DNA from: Eledone cirrhosa
Lineage: Eukaryota
Assembly (NCBI GenBank): GCA_964016885.1
Contig: OZ024743.1
Coordinates: 89,032,001 to 89,096,000 of the forward strand
Direction of reading: 5' to 3'
DNA length: 64,000 nucleotides
Shown here: one piece after another, positions 25,601-40,600 of the stretch
How the letters are laid out: each line of letters starts with the position of its first letter
How positions within the stretch are numbered: position 1 is the stretch's first letter
The notes under the pieces: model-generated
Told to the model about the DNA's origin: nothing
What the model saw: only the letters and a program-made list of their open reading frames with translations
Database searches by the model: none
Made by a program: the position numbers and the translations under genes

Positions 25601-28600
25601 AATAACCAATAGTAAGTCTTGACAGATCTACAATGGTATCTAATAACCAATAGTAAGTCTTGATAGATATAGAAAGGTATCTAATAACCAATAGTAAGTC
25701 ATGATAGATATAGAAAGGTATCTAATAATCAATAGGAAGTCATGATAGACCTACAATGGTATCTAATAATCAATAGTAAGTCTTGATAGATATAGAAAGG
25801 TATCTAATAACCAATAGTAAGTCTTGAAAGATATAGAAAGGTATCTAATAACCAATAGTAAGTCTTGAAAGATATAGAAAGGTATCTAATAACAAATAGT
25901 AAGTCTTGACAGACAGACCTACAATGGTATCTAATAACCAATAGTAAGTCTTGACAGACCTACAATAGTATCTAATAACCAATAGTAAGTCTTGATAGAT
26001 ACAGAAAGGTATCTAATAACCAATAGTAAGTCTTGAAAGATATAGAAAGGTATCTAATAACCAATAGTAAGTCTTGATAGATATAGAAAGGTATCTAATA
26101 ACCAATAGTAAGTCTTGAAAGATATAGAAAGGTATCTAATAATCAATAGTAAGTCTTGATAGATATAGAAAGGTATCTAATAACCAATAGTAAGTCTTGA
26201 CAGATCTACAATGGTATCTAATAACCAATAGTAAGTCTTGATAGATATAGAAAGGTATCTAATAACCAATAGTAAGTCATGATAGATATAGAAAGGTATC
26301 TAATAATCAATAGGAAGTCATGATAGACATACAATGGTATCTAATAATCAATAGTAAGTCTTGATAGATATAGAAATGTATCTAATAATCAATAGTAAGT
26401 CTTGATAGACCTACAATGGTATCTAATAACCAATAGTAAGTCATGATAGACCTACAATGGTATCTAATAATCAATAGTAAGTCTTGATAGATATAGAAAG
26501 GTATCTAATAATCAATAGTAAGTCATGATAGACTTACAATGGTATCTAATAACCAATAGTAAGTCTTGACAGACCTACAATGGTATCTAATAACCAATAG
26601 TAAGTCTTGACAGACCTACATTGGTATCTAATAACCAATAGTAAGTCTTGACAGACCTACAATGGTATCTAATAACCAATAGTAACTCTTGATAGATATA
26701 GAAAGGTATCTAATAACCAATAGTAAGTCATGATAGATATAGAAAGGTATCTAATAACCAATAGTAAGTCTTGACAGACCTACATTGGTATCTAATAACC
26801 AATAGTAAGTCATGATAGATATAGAAAGGTATCTAATAACCAATAGTAAGTCTTGACAGACCTACAATGGTATCTAATAACCAATAGTAAGTCTTGATAG
26901 ATACAGAAAGGTATCTAATAACCAATAGTAAGTCTTGATAGATATAGAAAGGTATCTAATAATCAATAGTAAGTCTTGATAGATATAGAAAGGTATCAAA
27001 TAATCAATAGTAAGTCTTGATAGATATAGAAAGGTATCTAATAACCAATAGTAAGCCATGATAGATATAGAAAGGTATCTAATAACCAATAGTAAGTCTT
27101 GATAGATACAGAAAGGTATCTAATAACCAATAGTAAGTCTTGAAAGATATAGAAAGGTATCTAATAACCAATAGTAAGTCTTGATAGATATAGAAAGGTA
27201 TCTAATAACCAATAGTAAGTCTTGACAGACCTACATTGGTATCTAATAACCAATAGTAAGTCATGATAGATATAGAAAGGTATCTAATAACCAATAGTAA
27301 GTCTTGACAGACCTACAATGGTATCTAATAACCAATAGTAAGTCTTGACAGACCTACAATGGTATCTAATAACCAATAGTAAGTCTTGATAGATACAGAA
27401 AGGTATCTAATAACCAATAGTAAGTCTTGATAGATATAGAAAGGTATCTAATAACCAATAGTAAGTCTTGAAAGATATAGAAAGGTATCTAATAATCAAT
27501 AGTAAGTCTTGATAGATATAGAAAGGTATCTAATAACCAATAGTAAGTCATGATAGACCTACAATGGTATCAAATAATCAATAGTAAGTCATGATAGACC
27601 TACAATGGTATCTAATAATCAATAGTAAGTTTTGATAGATATAGAAAGGTATCTAATAATCAATAGTAAGTCATGATAGACCTACAATGGTATCTAATAA
27701 CCAATAGTAAGTCTTGACAGACCTACATTGGTATCTAATAACCAATAGTAAGTCTTGACAGACCTACAATGGTATCTAATAACCAATAGTAAGTCTTGAC
27801 AGACCTACATTGGTATCTAATAACCAATAGTAAGTCTTGACAGACCTACAATGGTATCTAATAACCAATAGTAAGTCTTGACAGACCTACATTGGTATCT
27901 AATAACCAATAGTAAGTCTTGACAGACCTACATTGGTATCTAATAACCAATAGTAAGTCATGATAGATATAGAAAGGTATCTAATAACCAATAGTAAGTC
28001 TTGACAGACCTACAATGGTATCTAATAACCAGTAGTAAGTCTTGATAGATATAGAAAGGTATCTAATAATCAATAGTAAGTCTTGATAGACCTACAATGG
28101 TATCTAATAACCAATAGTAAGTCATGATAGACCTACAATGGTATCTAATAATCAATAGTAAGTCTTGATAGATATAGAAAGGTATCTAATAACCAATTGT
28201 AAGTCTTGATAGATATAGAAAGGTATCAAATAATCAATAGTAAGTCTTGATAGATATAGAAAGGTATCAAATAATCAATAGTTAATCTTGATAGATATAG
28301 AAAGGTATCTAATAACCAATAGTAAGCCATGATAGATATAGAAAGGTATCTAATAATCAATAGTAAGTCTGGACAGACCTACATTGGTATCTAATAACCA
28401 ATAGTAAGTCTTGACAGACCTACAATGGTATCTAATAACCAATAGTAAATCTTGATAGATATAGAAAGGTATCTAATAACCAATAGTAAGTCTTGATAGA
28501 TATAGAAAGGTATCTAATAACCAATAGTAAGTCATGATAGATATAGAAAGGTATCTAATAACCAATAGTAAGTCTTGATAGATATAGAAAGGTATCTAAT

Positions 28601-31600
28601 AACCAATAGTAAGTCTTGATAGATATAGAAAGGTATCTAATAATCAATAATAAGTCTAGATAGATATAGAAAGGTATCTAATAACCAATAGTAAGTCTTG
28701 ACAGACCTACAATGGTATCTAATAACCAATAGTAAGTCTTGATAGATATAGAAAGGTATCTAATAACCAATAGTAAGTCTTGACAGACCTACAATGGTAT
28801 CTAATAACCAATAGTAAGTCTTGACAGACCTACAATGGTATCTAATAACCAATAGTAAGTCTTGATAGATACAGAAAGGTATCTAATAACCAATAGTAAG
28901 TCTTGATAGACATAGAAAGGTATCTAATAACCAATAGTAAGTCTTGAAAGATATAGAAAGGTATCTAATAATCAATAGTAAGTCTTGATAGATATAGAAA
29001 GGTATCTAATAACCAATAGTAAGTCATGATAGACCTACAATGGTATCAAATAATCAATAGTAAGTCATGATAGACCTACAATGGTATCTAATAACCAATA
29101 GTAAGTCTTGATAGACCTACAATGGTATCTAATAACCAATAGTAAGTCTTGACAGACCTACATTGGTATCTAATAACCAATAGTAAGTCTTGACAGACCT
29201 ACAATGGTATCTAATAACCAATAGTAAGTCTTGACAGACCTACATTGGTATCTAATAACCAATAGTAAGTCTTGACAGACCTACAATGGTATCTAATAAC
29301 CAATAGTAAGTCTTGACAGACCTACATTGGTATCTAATAACCAATAGTAAGTCTTGATAGATATAGAAAGGTATCTAATAACCAATAGTAAGTCATGATA
29401 GATATAGAAAGGTATCTAATAACCAATAGTAAGTCTTGACAGACCTACATTGGTATCTAATAACCAATAGTAAGTCTTGACAGACCTACATTGGTATCTA
29501 ATAACCAATAGTAAGTCTTGACAGACCTACAATGGTATCTAATAACCAATAGTAAGTCTTGACAGACCTACATTGGTATCTAATAACCAATAGTAAGTCT
29601 TGACAGACCTACATTGGTATCTAATAACCAATAGTAAGTCATGATAGATATAGAAAGGTATCTAATAACCAATAGTAAGTCTTGACAGACCTACAATGGT
29701 ATCTAATAACCAGTAGTAAGTCTTGATAGATATAGAAAGGTATCTAATAACCAATAGTAAGTCATGATAGATATAGAAAGGTATCTAATAATCAATAGGA
29801 AGTCATGATAGACCTACAATGGTATCTAATAATCAATAGTAAGTCTTGATAGATATAGAAAGGTATCTAATAACCAATAGTAAGTCTTGAAAGATATAGA
29901 AAGGTATCTAATAACCAATAGTAAGTCTTGAAAGATATAGAAAGGTATCTAATAACAAATAGTAAGTCTTGACAGACAGACCTACAATGGTATCTAATAA
30001 CCAATAGTAAGTCTTGACAGACCTACAATAGTATCTAATAACCAATAGTAAGTCTTGATAGATACAGAAAGGTATCTAATAACCAATAGTAAGTCTTGAA
30101 AGATATAGAAAGGTATCTAATAACCAATAGTAAGTCTTGATAGATATAGAAAGGTATCTAATAACCAATAGTAAGTCTTGAAAGATATAGAAAGGTATCT
30201 AATAATCAATAGTAAGTCTTGATAGATATAGAAAGGTATCTAATAACCAATAGTAAGTCTTGACAGATCTACAATGGTATCTAATAACCAATAGTAAGTC
30301 TTGATAGATATAGAAAGGTATCTAATAACCAATAGTAAGTCATAATAGATATAGAAAGGTATCTAATAATCAATAGGAAGTCATGATAGACATACAATGG
30401 TATCTAATAATCAATAGTAAGTCTTGATAGATATAGAAAGGTATCTAATAATCAATAGTAAGTCTTGATAGACCTACAATGGTATCTAATAACCAATAGT
30501 AAGTCATGATAGACCTACAATGGTATCTAATAATCAATAGTAAGTCTTGATAGATATAGAAAGGTATCTAATAATCAATAGTAAGTCATGATAGACTTAC
30601 AATGGTATCTAATAACCAATAGTAAGTCTTGACAGACCTACAATGGTATCTAATAACCAATAGTAAGTCTTGACAGACCTACATTGGTATCTAATAACCA
30701 ATAGTAAGTCTTGACAGACCTACAATGGTATCTAATAACCAATAGTAACTCTTGATAGATATAGAAAGGTATCTAATAACCAATAGTAAGTCATGATAGA
30801 TATAGAAAGGTATCTAATAACCAATAGTAAGTCTTGACAGACCTACATTGGTATCTAATAACCAATAGTAAGTCATGATAGATATAGAAAGGTATCTAAT
30901 AACCAATAGTAAGTCTTGACAGACCTACAATGGTATCTAATAACCAATAGTAAGTCTTGATAGATACAGAAAGGTATCTAATAACCAATAGTAAGTCTTG
31001 ATAGATATAGAAAGGTATCTAATAATCAATAGTAAGTCTTGATAGATATAGAAAGGTATCAAATAATCAATAGTAAGTCTTGATAGATATAGAAAGGTAT
31101 CTAATAACCAATAGTAAGCCATGATAGATATAGAAAGGTATCTAATAACCAATAGTAAGTCTTGATAGATACAGAAAGGTATCTAATAACCAATAGTAAG
31201 TCTTGAAAGATATAGAAAGGTATCTAATAACCAATAGTAAGTCTTGATAGATATAGAAAGGTATCTAATAACCAATAGTAAGTCTTGACAGACCTACATT
31301 GGTATCTAATAACCAATAGTACGTCATGATAGATATAGAAAGGTATCTAATAACCAATAGTAAGTCTTGACAGACCTACAATGGTATCTAATAACCAATA
31401 GTAAGTCTTGACAGACCTACAATGGTATCTAATAACCAATAGTAAGTCTTGATAGATACAGAAAGGTATCTAATAACCAATAGTAAGTCTTGATAGATAT
31501 AGAAAGGTATCTAATAACCAATAGTAAGTCTTGAAAGATATAGAAAGGTATCTAATAATCAATAGTAAGTCTTGATAGATATAGAAAGGTATCTAATAAC

Positions 31601-34600
31601 CAATAGTAAGTCATGATAGACCTACAATGGTATCAAATAATCAATAGTAAGTCATGATAGACCTACAATGGTATCTAATAATCAATAGTAAGTTTTGATA
31701 GATATAGAAAGGTATCTAATAATCAATAGTAAGTCATGATAGACCTACAATGGTATCTAATAACCAATAGTAAGTCTTGATAGACCTACAATGGTATCTA
31801 ATAACCAATAGTAAGTCTTGACAGACCTACATTGGTATCTAATAACCAATAGTAAGTCTTGACAGACCTACAATGGTATCTAATAACCAATAGTAAGTCT
31901 TGACAGACCTACATTGGTATCTAATAACCAATAGTAAGTCTTGACAGACCTACAATGGTATCTAATAACCAATAGTAAGTCTTGACAGACCTACATTGGT
32001 ATCTAATAACCAATAGTAAGTCTTGACAGACCTACATTGGTATCTAATAACCAATAGTAAGTCATGATAGATATAGAAAGGTATCTAATAACCAATAGTA
32101 AGTCTTGACAGACCTACAATGGTATCTAATAACCAGTAGTAAGTCTTGATAGATATAGAAAGGTATCTAATAATCAATAGTAAGTCTTGATAGACCTACA
32201 ATGGTATCTAATAACCAATAGTAAGTCATGATAGACCTACAATGGTATCTAATAATCAATAGTAAGTCTTGATAGATATAGAAAGGTATCTAATAACCAA
32301 TTGTAAGTCTTGATAGATATAGAAAGGTATCAAATAATCAATAGTAAGTCTTGATAGATATAGAAAGGTATCAAATAATCAATAGTTAATCTTGATAGAT
32401 ATAGAAAGGTATCTAATAACCAATAGTAAGCCATGATAGATATAGAAAGGTATCTAATAATCAATAGTAAGTCTGGACAGACCTACATTGGTATCTAATA
32501 ACCAATAGTAAGTCTTGACAGACCTACAATGGTATCTAATAACCAATAGTAAATCTTGATAGATATAGAAAGGTATCTAATAACCAATAGTAAGTCTTGA
32601 TAGATATAGAAAGGTATCTAATAACCAATAGTAAGTCATGATAGATTTAGAAAGGTATCTAATAACCAATAGTAAGTCTTGATAGATATAGAAAGGTATC
32701 TAATAACCAATAGTAAGTCATGATAGATATAGAAAGGTATCTAATAACCAATAGTAAGTCTTGACAGACCTACATTGGTATCTAATAACCAATAGTAAGT
32801 CTTGACAGACCTACATTGGTATCTAATAACCAATAGTAAGTCATGATAGATATAGAAAGGTATCTAATAACCAATAGTAAGTCTTGACAGATCTACAATG
32901 GTATCTAATAACCAATAGTAAGTCTTGATAGATATAGAAAGGTATCTAATAACCAATAGTAAGTCATGATAGATATAGAAAGGTATCTAATAATCAATAG
33001 GAAGTCATGATAGACCTACAATGGTATCTAATAATCAATAGTAAGTCTTGATAGATATAGAAAGGTATCTAATAACCAATAGTAAGTCTTGAAAGATATA
33101 GAAAGGTATCTAATAACCAATAGTAAGTCTTGAAAGATATAGAAAGGTATCTAATAACAAATAGTAAGTCTTGACAGATAGACCTACAGTGGTATCTAAT
33201 AACCAATAGTAAGTCTTGACAGACCTACAATAGTATCTAATAACCAATAGTAAGTCTTGATAGATACAGAAAGGTATCTAATAACCAATAGTAAGTCTTG
33301 AAAGATATAGAAAGGTATCTAATAACCAATAGTAAGTCTTGATAGATATAGAAAGGTATCTAATAACCAATAGTAAGTCTTGAAAGATATAGAAAGGTAT
33401 CTAATAATCAATAGTAAGTCTTGATAGATATAGAAAGGTATCTAATAACCAATAGTAAGTCTTGACAGATCTACAATGGTATCTAATAACCAATAGTAAG
33501 TCTTGATAGATATAGAAAGGTATCTAATAACCAATAGTAAGTCATGATAGATATAGAAAGGTATCTAATAATCAATAGGAAGTCATGATAGACATACAAT
33601 GGTATCTAATAATCAATAGTAAGTCTTGATAGATATAGAAAGGTATCTAATAATCAATAGTAAGTCTTGATAGACCTACAATGGTATCTAATAACCAATA
33701 GTAAGTCATGATAGACCTACAATGGTATCTAATAATCAATAGTAAGTCTTGATAGATATAGAAAGGTATCTAATAATCAATAGTAAGTCATGATAGACTT
33801 ACAATGGTATCTAATAACCAATAGTAAGTCTTGACAGACCTACATTGGTATCTAATAACCAATAGTAAGTCTTGACAGACCTACAATGGTATCTAATAAC
33901 CAATAGTAACTCTTGATAGATATAGAAAGGTATCTAATAACCAATAGTAAGTCATGATAGATATAGAAAGGTATCTAATAACCAATAGTAAGTCTTGACA
34001 GACCTACATTGGTATCTAATAACCAATAGTAAGTCATGATAGATATAGAAAGGTATCTAATAACCAATAGTAAGTCTTGACAGACCTACAATGGTATCTA
34101 ATAACCAATAGTAAGTCTTGATAGATACAGAAAGGTATCTAATAACCAATAGTAAGTCTTGATAGATATAGAAAGGTATCTAATAATCAATAGTAAGTCT
34201 TGATAGATATAGAAAGGTATCAAATAATCAATAGTAAGTCTTGATAGATATAGAAAGGTATCTAATAACCAATAGTAAGCCATGATAGATATAGAAAGGT
34301 ATCTAATAACCAATAGTAAGTCTTGATAGATACAGAAAGGTATCTAATAACCAATAGTAAGTCTTGAAAGATATAGAAAGGTATCTAATAACCAATAGTA
34401 AGTCTTGATAGATATAGAAAGGTATCTAATAACCAATAGTAAGTCTTGACAGACCTACATTGGTATCTAATAACCAATAGTACGTCATGATAGATATAGA
34501 AAGGTATCTAATAACCAATAGTAAGTCTTGACAGACCTACAATGGTATCTAATAACCAATAGTAAGTCTTGACAGACCTACAATGGTATCTAATAACCAA

Positions 34601-37600
34601 TAGTAAGTCTTGATAGATACAGAAAGGTATCTAATAACCAATAGTAAGTCTTGATAGATATAGAAAGGTATCTAATAACCAATAGTAAGTCTTGAAAGAT
34701 ATAGAAAGGTATCTAATAATCAATAGTAAGTCTTGATAGATATAGAAAGGTATCTAATAACCAATAGTAAGTCATGATAGACCTACAATGGTATCAAATA
34801 ATCAATAGTAAGTCATGATAGACCTACAATGGTATCTAATAATCAATAGTAAGTTTTGATAGATATAGAAAGGTATCTAATAATCAATAGTAAGTCATGA
34901 TAGACCTACAATGGTATCTAATAACCAATAGTAAGTCTTGATAGACCTACAATGGTATCTAATAACCAATAGTAAGTCTTGACAGACCTACATTGGTATC
35001 TAATAACCAATAGTAAGTCTTGACAGACCTACAATGGTATCTAATAACCAATAGTAAGTCTTGACAGACCTACATTGGTATCTAATAACCAATAGTAAGT
35101 CTTGACAGACCTACAATGGTATCTAATAACCAATAGTAAGTCTTGACAGACCTACATTGGTATCTAATAACCAATAGTAAGTCTTGATAGATATAGAAAG
35201 GTATCTAATAATCAATAGTAAGTCTTGATAGATATAGAAAGGTATCAAATAATCAATAGTAAGTCTTGATAGATATAGAAAGGTATCTAATAACCAATAG
35301 TAAGCCATGATAGATATAGAAAGGTATCTAATAACCAATAGTAAGTCTTGATAGATACAGAAAGGTATCTAATAACCAATAGTAAGTCTTGAAAGATATA
35401 GAAAGGTATCTAATAACCAATAGTAAGTCTTGATAGATATAGAAAGGTATCTAATAACCAATAGTAAGTCTTGACAGACCTACATTGGTATCTAATAACC
35501 AATAGTACGTCATGATAGATATAGAAAGGTATCTAATAACCAATAGTAAGTCTTGACAGACCTACAATGGTATCTAATAACCAATAGTAAGTCTTGACAG
35601 ACCTACAATGGTATCTAATAACCAATAGTAAGTCTTGATAGATACAGAAAGGTATCTAATAACCAATAGTAAGTCTTGATAGATATAGAAAGGTATCTAA
35701 TAACCAATAGTAAGTCTTGAAAGATATAGAAAGGTATCTAATAATCAATAGTAAGTCTTGATAGATATAGAAAGGTATCTAATAACCAATAGTAAGTCAT
35801 GATAGACCTACAATGGTATCAAATAATCAATAGTAAGTCATGATAGACCTACAATGGTATCTAATAATCAATAGTAAGTTTTGATAGATATAGAAAGGTA
35901 TCTAATAATCAATAGTAAGTCATGATAGACCTACAATGGTATCTAATAACCAATAGTAAGTCTTGATAGACCTACAATGGTATCTAATAACCAATAGTAA
36001 GTCTTGACAGACCTACATTGGTATCTAATAACCAATAGTAAGTCTTGACAGACCTACAATGGTATCTAATAACCAATAGTAAGTCTTGACAGACCTACAT
36101 TGGTATCTAATAACCAATAGTAAGTCTTGACAGACCTACAATGGTATCTAATAACCAATAGTAAGTCTTGACAGACCTACATTGGTATCTAATAACCAAT
36201 AGTAAGTCTTGACAGACCTACATTGGTATCTAATAACCAATAGTAAGTCATGATAGATATAGAAAGGTATCTAATAACCAATAGTAAGTCTTGACAGACC
36301 TACAATGGTATCTAATAACCAGTAGTAAGTCTTGATAGATATAGAAAGGTATCTAATAATCAATAGTAAGTCTTGATAGACCTACAATGGTATCTAATAA
36401 CCAATAGTAAGTCATGATAGACCTACAATGGTATCTAATAATCAATAGTAAGTCTTGATAGATATAGAAAGGTATCTAATAACCAATTGTAAGTCTTGAT
36501 AGATATAGAAAGGTATCAAATAATCAATAGTAAGTCTTGATAGATATAGAAAGGTATCAAATAATCAATAGTTAATCTTGATAGATATAGAAAGGTATCT
36601 AATAACCAATAGTAAGCCATGATAGATATAGAAAGGTATCTAATAATCAATAGTAAGTCTGGACAGACCTACATTGGTATCTAATAACCAATAGTAAGTC
36701 TTGACAGACCTACAATGGTATCTAATAACCAATAGTAAATCTTGATAGATATAGAAAGGTATCTAATAACCAATAGTAAGTCTTGATAGATATAGAAAGG
36801 TATCTAATAACCAATAGTAAGTCATGATAGATATAGAAAGGTATCTAATAACCAATAGTAAGTCTTGATAGATATAGAAAGGTATCTAATAACCAATAGT
36901 AAGTCTTGATAGATATAGAAAGGTATCTAATAATCAATAATAAGTCTAGATAGATATAGAAAGGTATCTAATAACCAATAGTAAGTCTTGACAGACCTAC
37001 AATGGTATCTAATAACCAATAGTAAGTCTTGATAGATATAGAAAGGTATCTAATAATCAATAGTAAGTCATGATAGACCTACAATGGTATCAAATAATCA
37101 ATAGTAAGTCATGATAGACCTACAATGGTATCTAATAACCAATAGTAAGTCTTGATAGACCTACAATGGTATCTAATAACCAATAGTAAGTCTTGACAGA
37201 CCTACATTGGTATCTAATAACCAATAGTAAGTCTTGACAGACCTACAATGGTATCTAATAACCAATAGTAAGTCTTGACAGACCTACATTGGTATCTAAT
37301 AACCAATAGTAAGTCTTGACAGACCTACAATGGTATCTAATAACCAATAGTAAGTCTTGACAGACCTACATTGGTATCTAATAACCAATAGTAAGTCTTG
37401 ATAGATATAGAAAGGTATCTAATAACCAATAGTAAGTCATGATAGATATAGAAAGGTATCTAATAACCAATAGTAAGTCTTGACAGACCTACAATGGTAT
37501 CTAATAACCAGTAGTAAGTCTTGATAGATATAGAAAGGTATCTAATAATCAATAGTAAGTCTTGATAGACCTACAATCGTATCTAATAACCAATAGTAAG

Positions 37601-40600
37601 TCATGATAGACCTACAATGGTATCTAATAATCAATAGTAAGTCTTGATAGATATAGAAAGGTATCTAATAACCAATTGTAAGTCTTGATAGATATAGAAA
37701 GGTATCAAATAATCAATAGTAAGTCTTGATAGATATAGAAAGGTATCAAATAATCAATAGTTAATCTTGATAGATATAGAAAGGTATCTAATAACCAATA
37801 GTAAGCCATGATAGATATAGAAAGGTATCTAATAATCAATAGTAAGTCTGGACAGACCTACATTGGTATCTAATAACCAATAGTAAGTCTTGACAGACCT
37901 ACAATGGTATCTAATAACCAATAGTAAATCTTGATAGATATAGAAAGGTATCTAATAACCAATAGTAAGTCTTGATAGATATAGAAAGGTATCTAATAAC
38001 CAATAGTAAGTCATGATAGATATAGAAAGGTATCTAATAACCAATAGTAAGTCTTGATAGATATAGAAAGGTATCTAATAACCAATAGTAAGTCTTGATA
38101 GATATAGAAAGGTATCTAATAATCAATAATAAGTCTAGATAGATATAGAAAGGTATCTAATAACCAATAGTAAGTCTTGACAGACCTACAATGGTATCTA
38201 ATAACCAATAGTAAGTCTTGATAGATATAGAAAGGTATCTAATAATCAATAGTAAGTCATGATAGACCTACAATGGTATCAAATAATCAATAGTAAGTCA
38301 TGATAGACCTACAATGGTATCTAATAATCAATAGTAAGTTTTGATAGATATAGAAAGGTATCTAATAATCAATAGTATGTCATGATAGACCTACAATGGT
38401 ATCTAATAACCAATAGTAAGTCTTGATAGACCTACAATGGTATCTAATAACCAATAGTAAGTCTTGACAGACCTACATTGGTATCTAATAACCAATAGTA
38501 AGTCTTGACAGACCTACAATGGTATCTAATAACCAATAGTAAGTCTTGACAGACCTACATTGGTATCTAATAACCAATAGTAAGTCTTGACAGACCTACA
38601 ATGGTATCTAATAACCAATAGTAAGTCTTGACAGACCTACATTGGTATCTAATAACCAATAGTAAGTCTTGACAGACCTACAATGGTATCTAATAACCAG
38701 TAGTAAGTCTTGATAGATATAGAAAGGTATCTAATAATCAATAGTAAGTCTTGATAGACCTACAATGGTATCTAATAACCAATAGTAAGTCATGATAGAC
38801 CTACAATGGTATCTAATAATCAATAGTAAGTCTTGATAGATATAGAAAGGTATCTAATAACCAATAGTAAGTCTTGATAGATATAGAAAGGTATCTAATA
38901 ATCAATAGTAAGTCTTGATAGATATAGAAAGGTATCTAATAACCAATAGTAAGTCTTGATAGATATAGAAAGGTATCTAATAACCAATAGTAAGTCATGA
39001 TAGATATAGAAAGGTATCTAATAATCAATAGTAAGTCATGATAGACCTACAATGATATCAAATAATCAATAGTAAGTCATGATAGACCTACAATGGTATC
39101 TAATAATCAATAGTAAGTCATGATAGACCTACAATGGTATCTAATAATCAATAGTAAGTTTTGATAGATATAGAAAGGTATCTAATAACCAATAGTAAGT
39201 CTTGACAGACCTACATTGGTATCTAATAACCAATAGTAAGTCTTGACAGACCTACAATGGTATCTAATAACCAATAGTAAGTCTTGATAGATATAGAAAG
39301 GTATCTAATAACCAATAGTAAGTCATGATAGATATAGAAAGGTATCTAATAACCAATAGTAAGTCTTGACAGACCTACATTGGTATCTAATAACCAATAG
39401 TAAGTCTTGACAGACCTACATTGGTATCTAATAACCAATAGTAAGTCATGATAGATATAGAAAGGTATCTAATAATCAATAGTATGTCTTGATAGATATA
39501 GAAAGGTATCTAATAACCAATAGTAAGTCATGATAGATATAGAAAGGTATCTAATAACCAATAGTAAGTCTTGACAGACCTACAATGGTATCTAATAACC
39601 AATAGTAAGTCTTGATAGATATAGAAAGGTATCTAATAATCAATAGTAAGTCTTGATAGATATAGAAAGGTATCCAATAACCAATAGTAAGTCTTGATAG
39701 ATATAGAAAGGTATCTAATAATCAATAGTAAGTCTTGATAGATATAGAAAGGTATCTAATAACCAATAGTAAGTCTTGATAGATATAGAAAGGTATCTAA
39801 TAACCAATAGTAAGTCATGATAGATATAGAAAGGTATCTAATAATCAATAGTAAGACTGGACAGACCTACATTGGTATCTAATAACCAATAGTAAGTCTT
39901 GACAGACCTACAATGGTATCTAATAACCAATAGTAAGTCTTCATAGATATAGAAAGGTATCTAATAACCAATAGTAAGTCTTGATAGATATAGAAAGGTA
40001 TCTAATAACCAATAGTAAGTCATGATAGATATAGAAAGGTATCTAATAACCAATAGGAAGTCTTGATAGATATAGAAAGGTATCTAATAATCAATAGTAA
40101 GTCTTGATAGATATAGAAAGGTATCTAATAACCAATAGTAAGTCATGATAGATATAGAAAGGTATCTAATAACCAATAGTAAGTCTTGATAGATATAGAA
40201 AGGTATCTAATAACCAATAGTAAGTCTTGACAGACCTACAATGGTATCTAATAACCAATAGTAAGTCTTGATAGATATAGAAAGGTATCTAATAACCAAT
40301 AGTAAGTCATGATAGATATAGAAAGGTATCTAATAATCAATAGTAAGTCATGATAGACCTACAATGGTATCAAATAATCAATAGTAAGTCATGATAGACC
40401 TACAATGGTATCTAATAATCAATAGTAAGTTTTGATAGATATAGAAAGGTATCTAATAATCAATAGTAAGTCATGATAGACCTACAATGGTATCTAATAA
40501 CCAATAGTAAGTCTTGATAGACCTACAATGGTATCTAATAACCAATAGTAAGTCTTGACAGACCTACATTGGTATCTAATAACCAATAGTAAGTCTTGAC

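Noticed and set aside
26874-35338. Four near-identical 71-aa ORFs in the satellite
   Set aside because: These are chance open frames created by rare unit variants; useful only as duplication markers.
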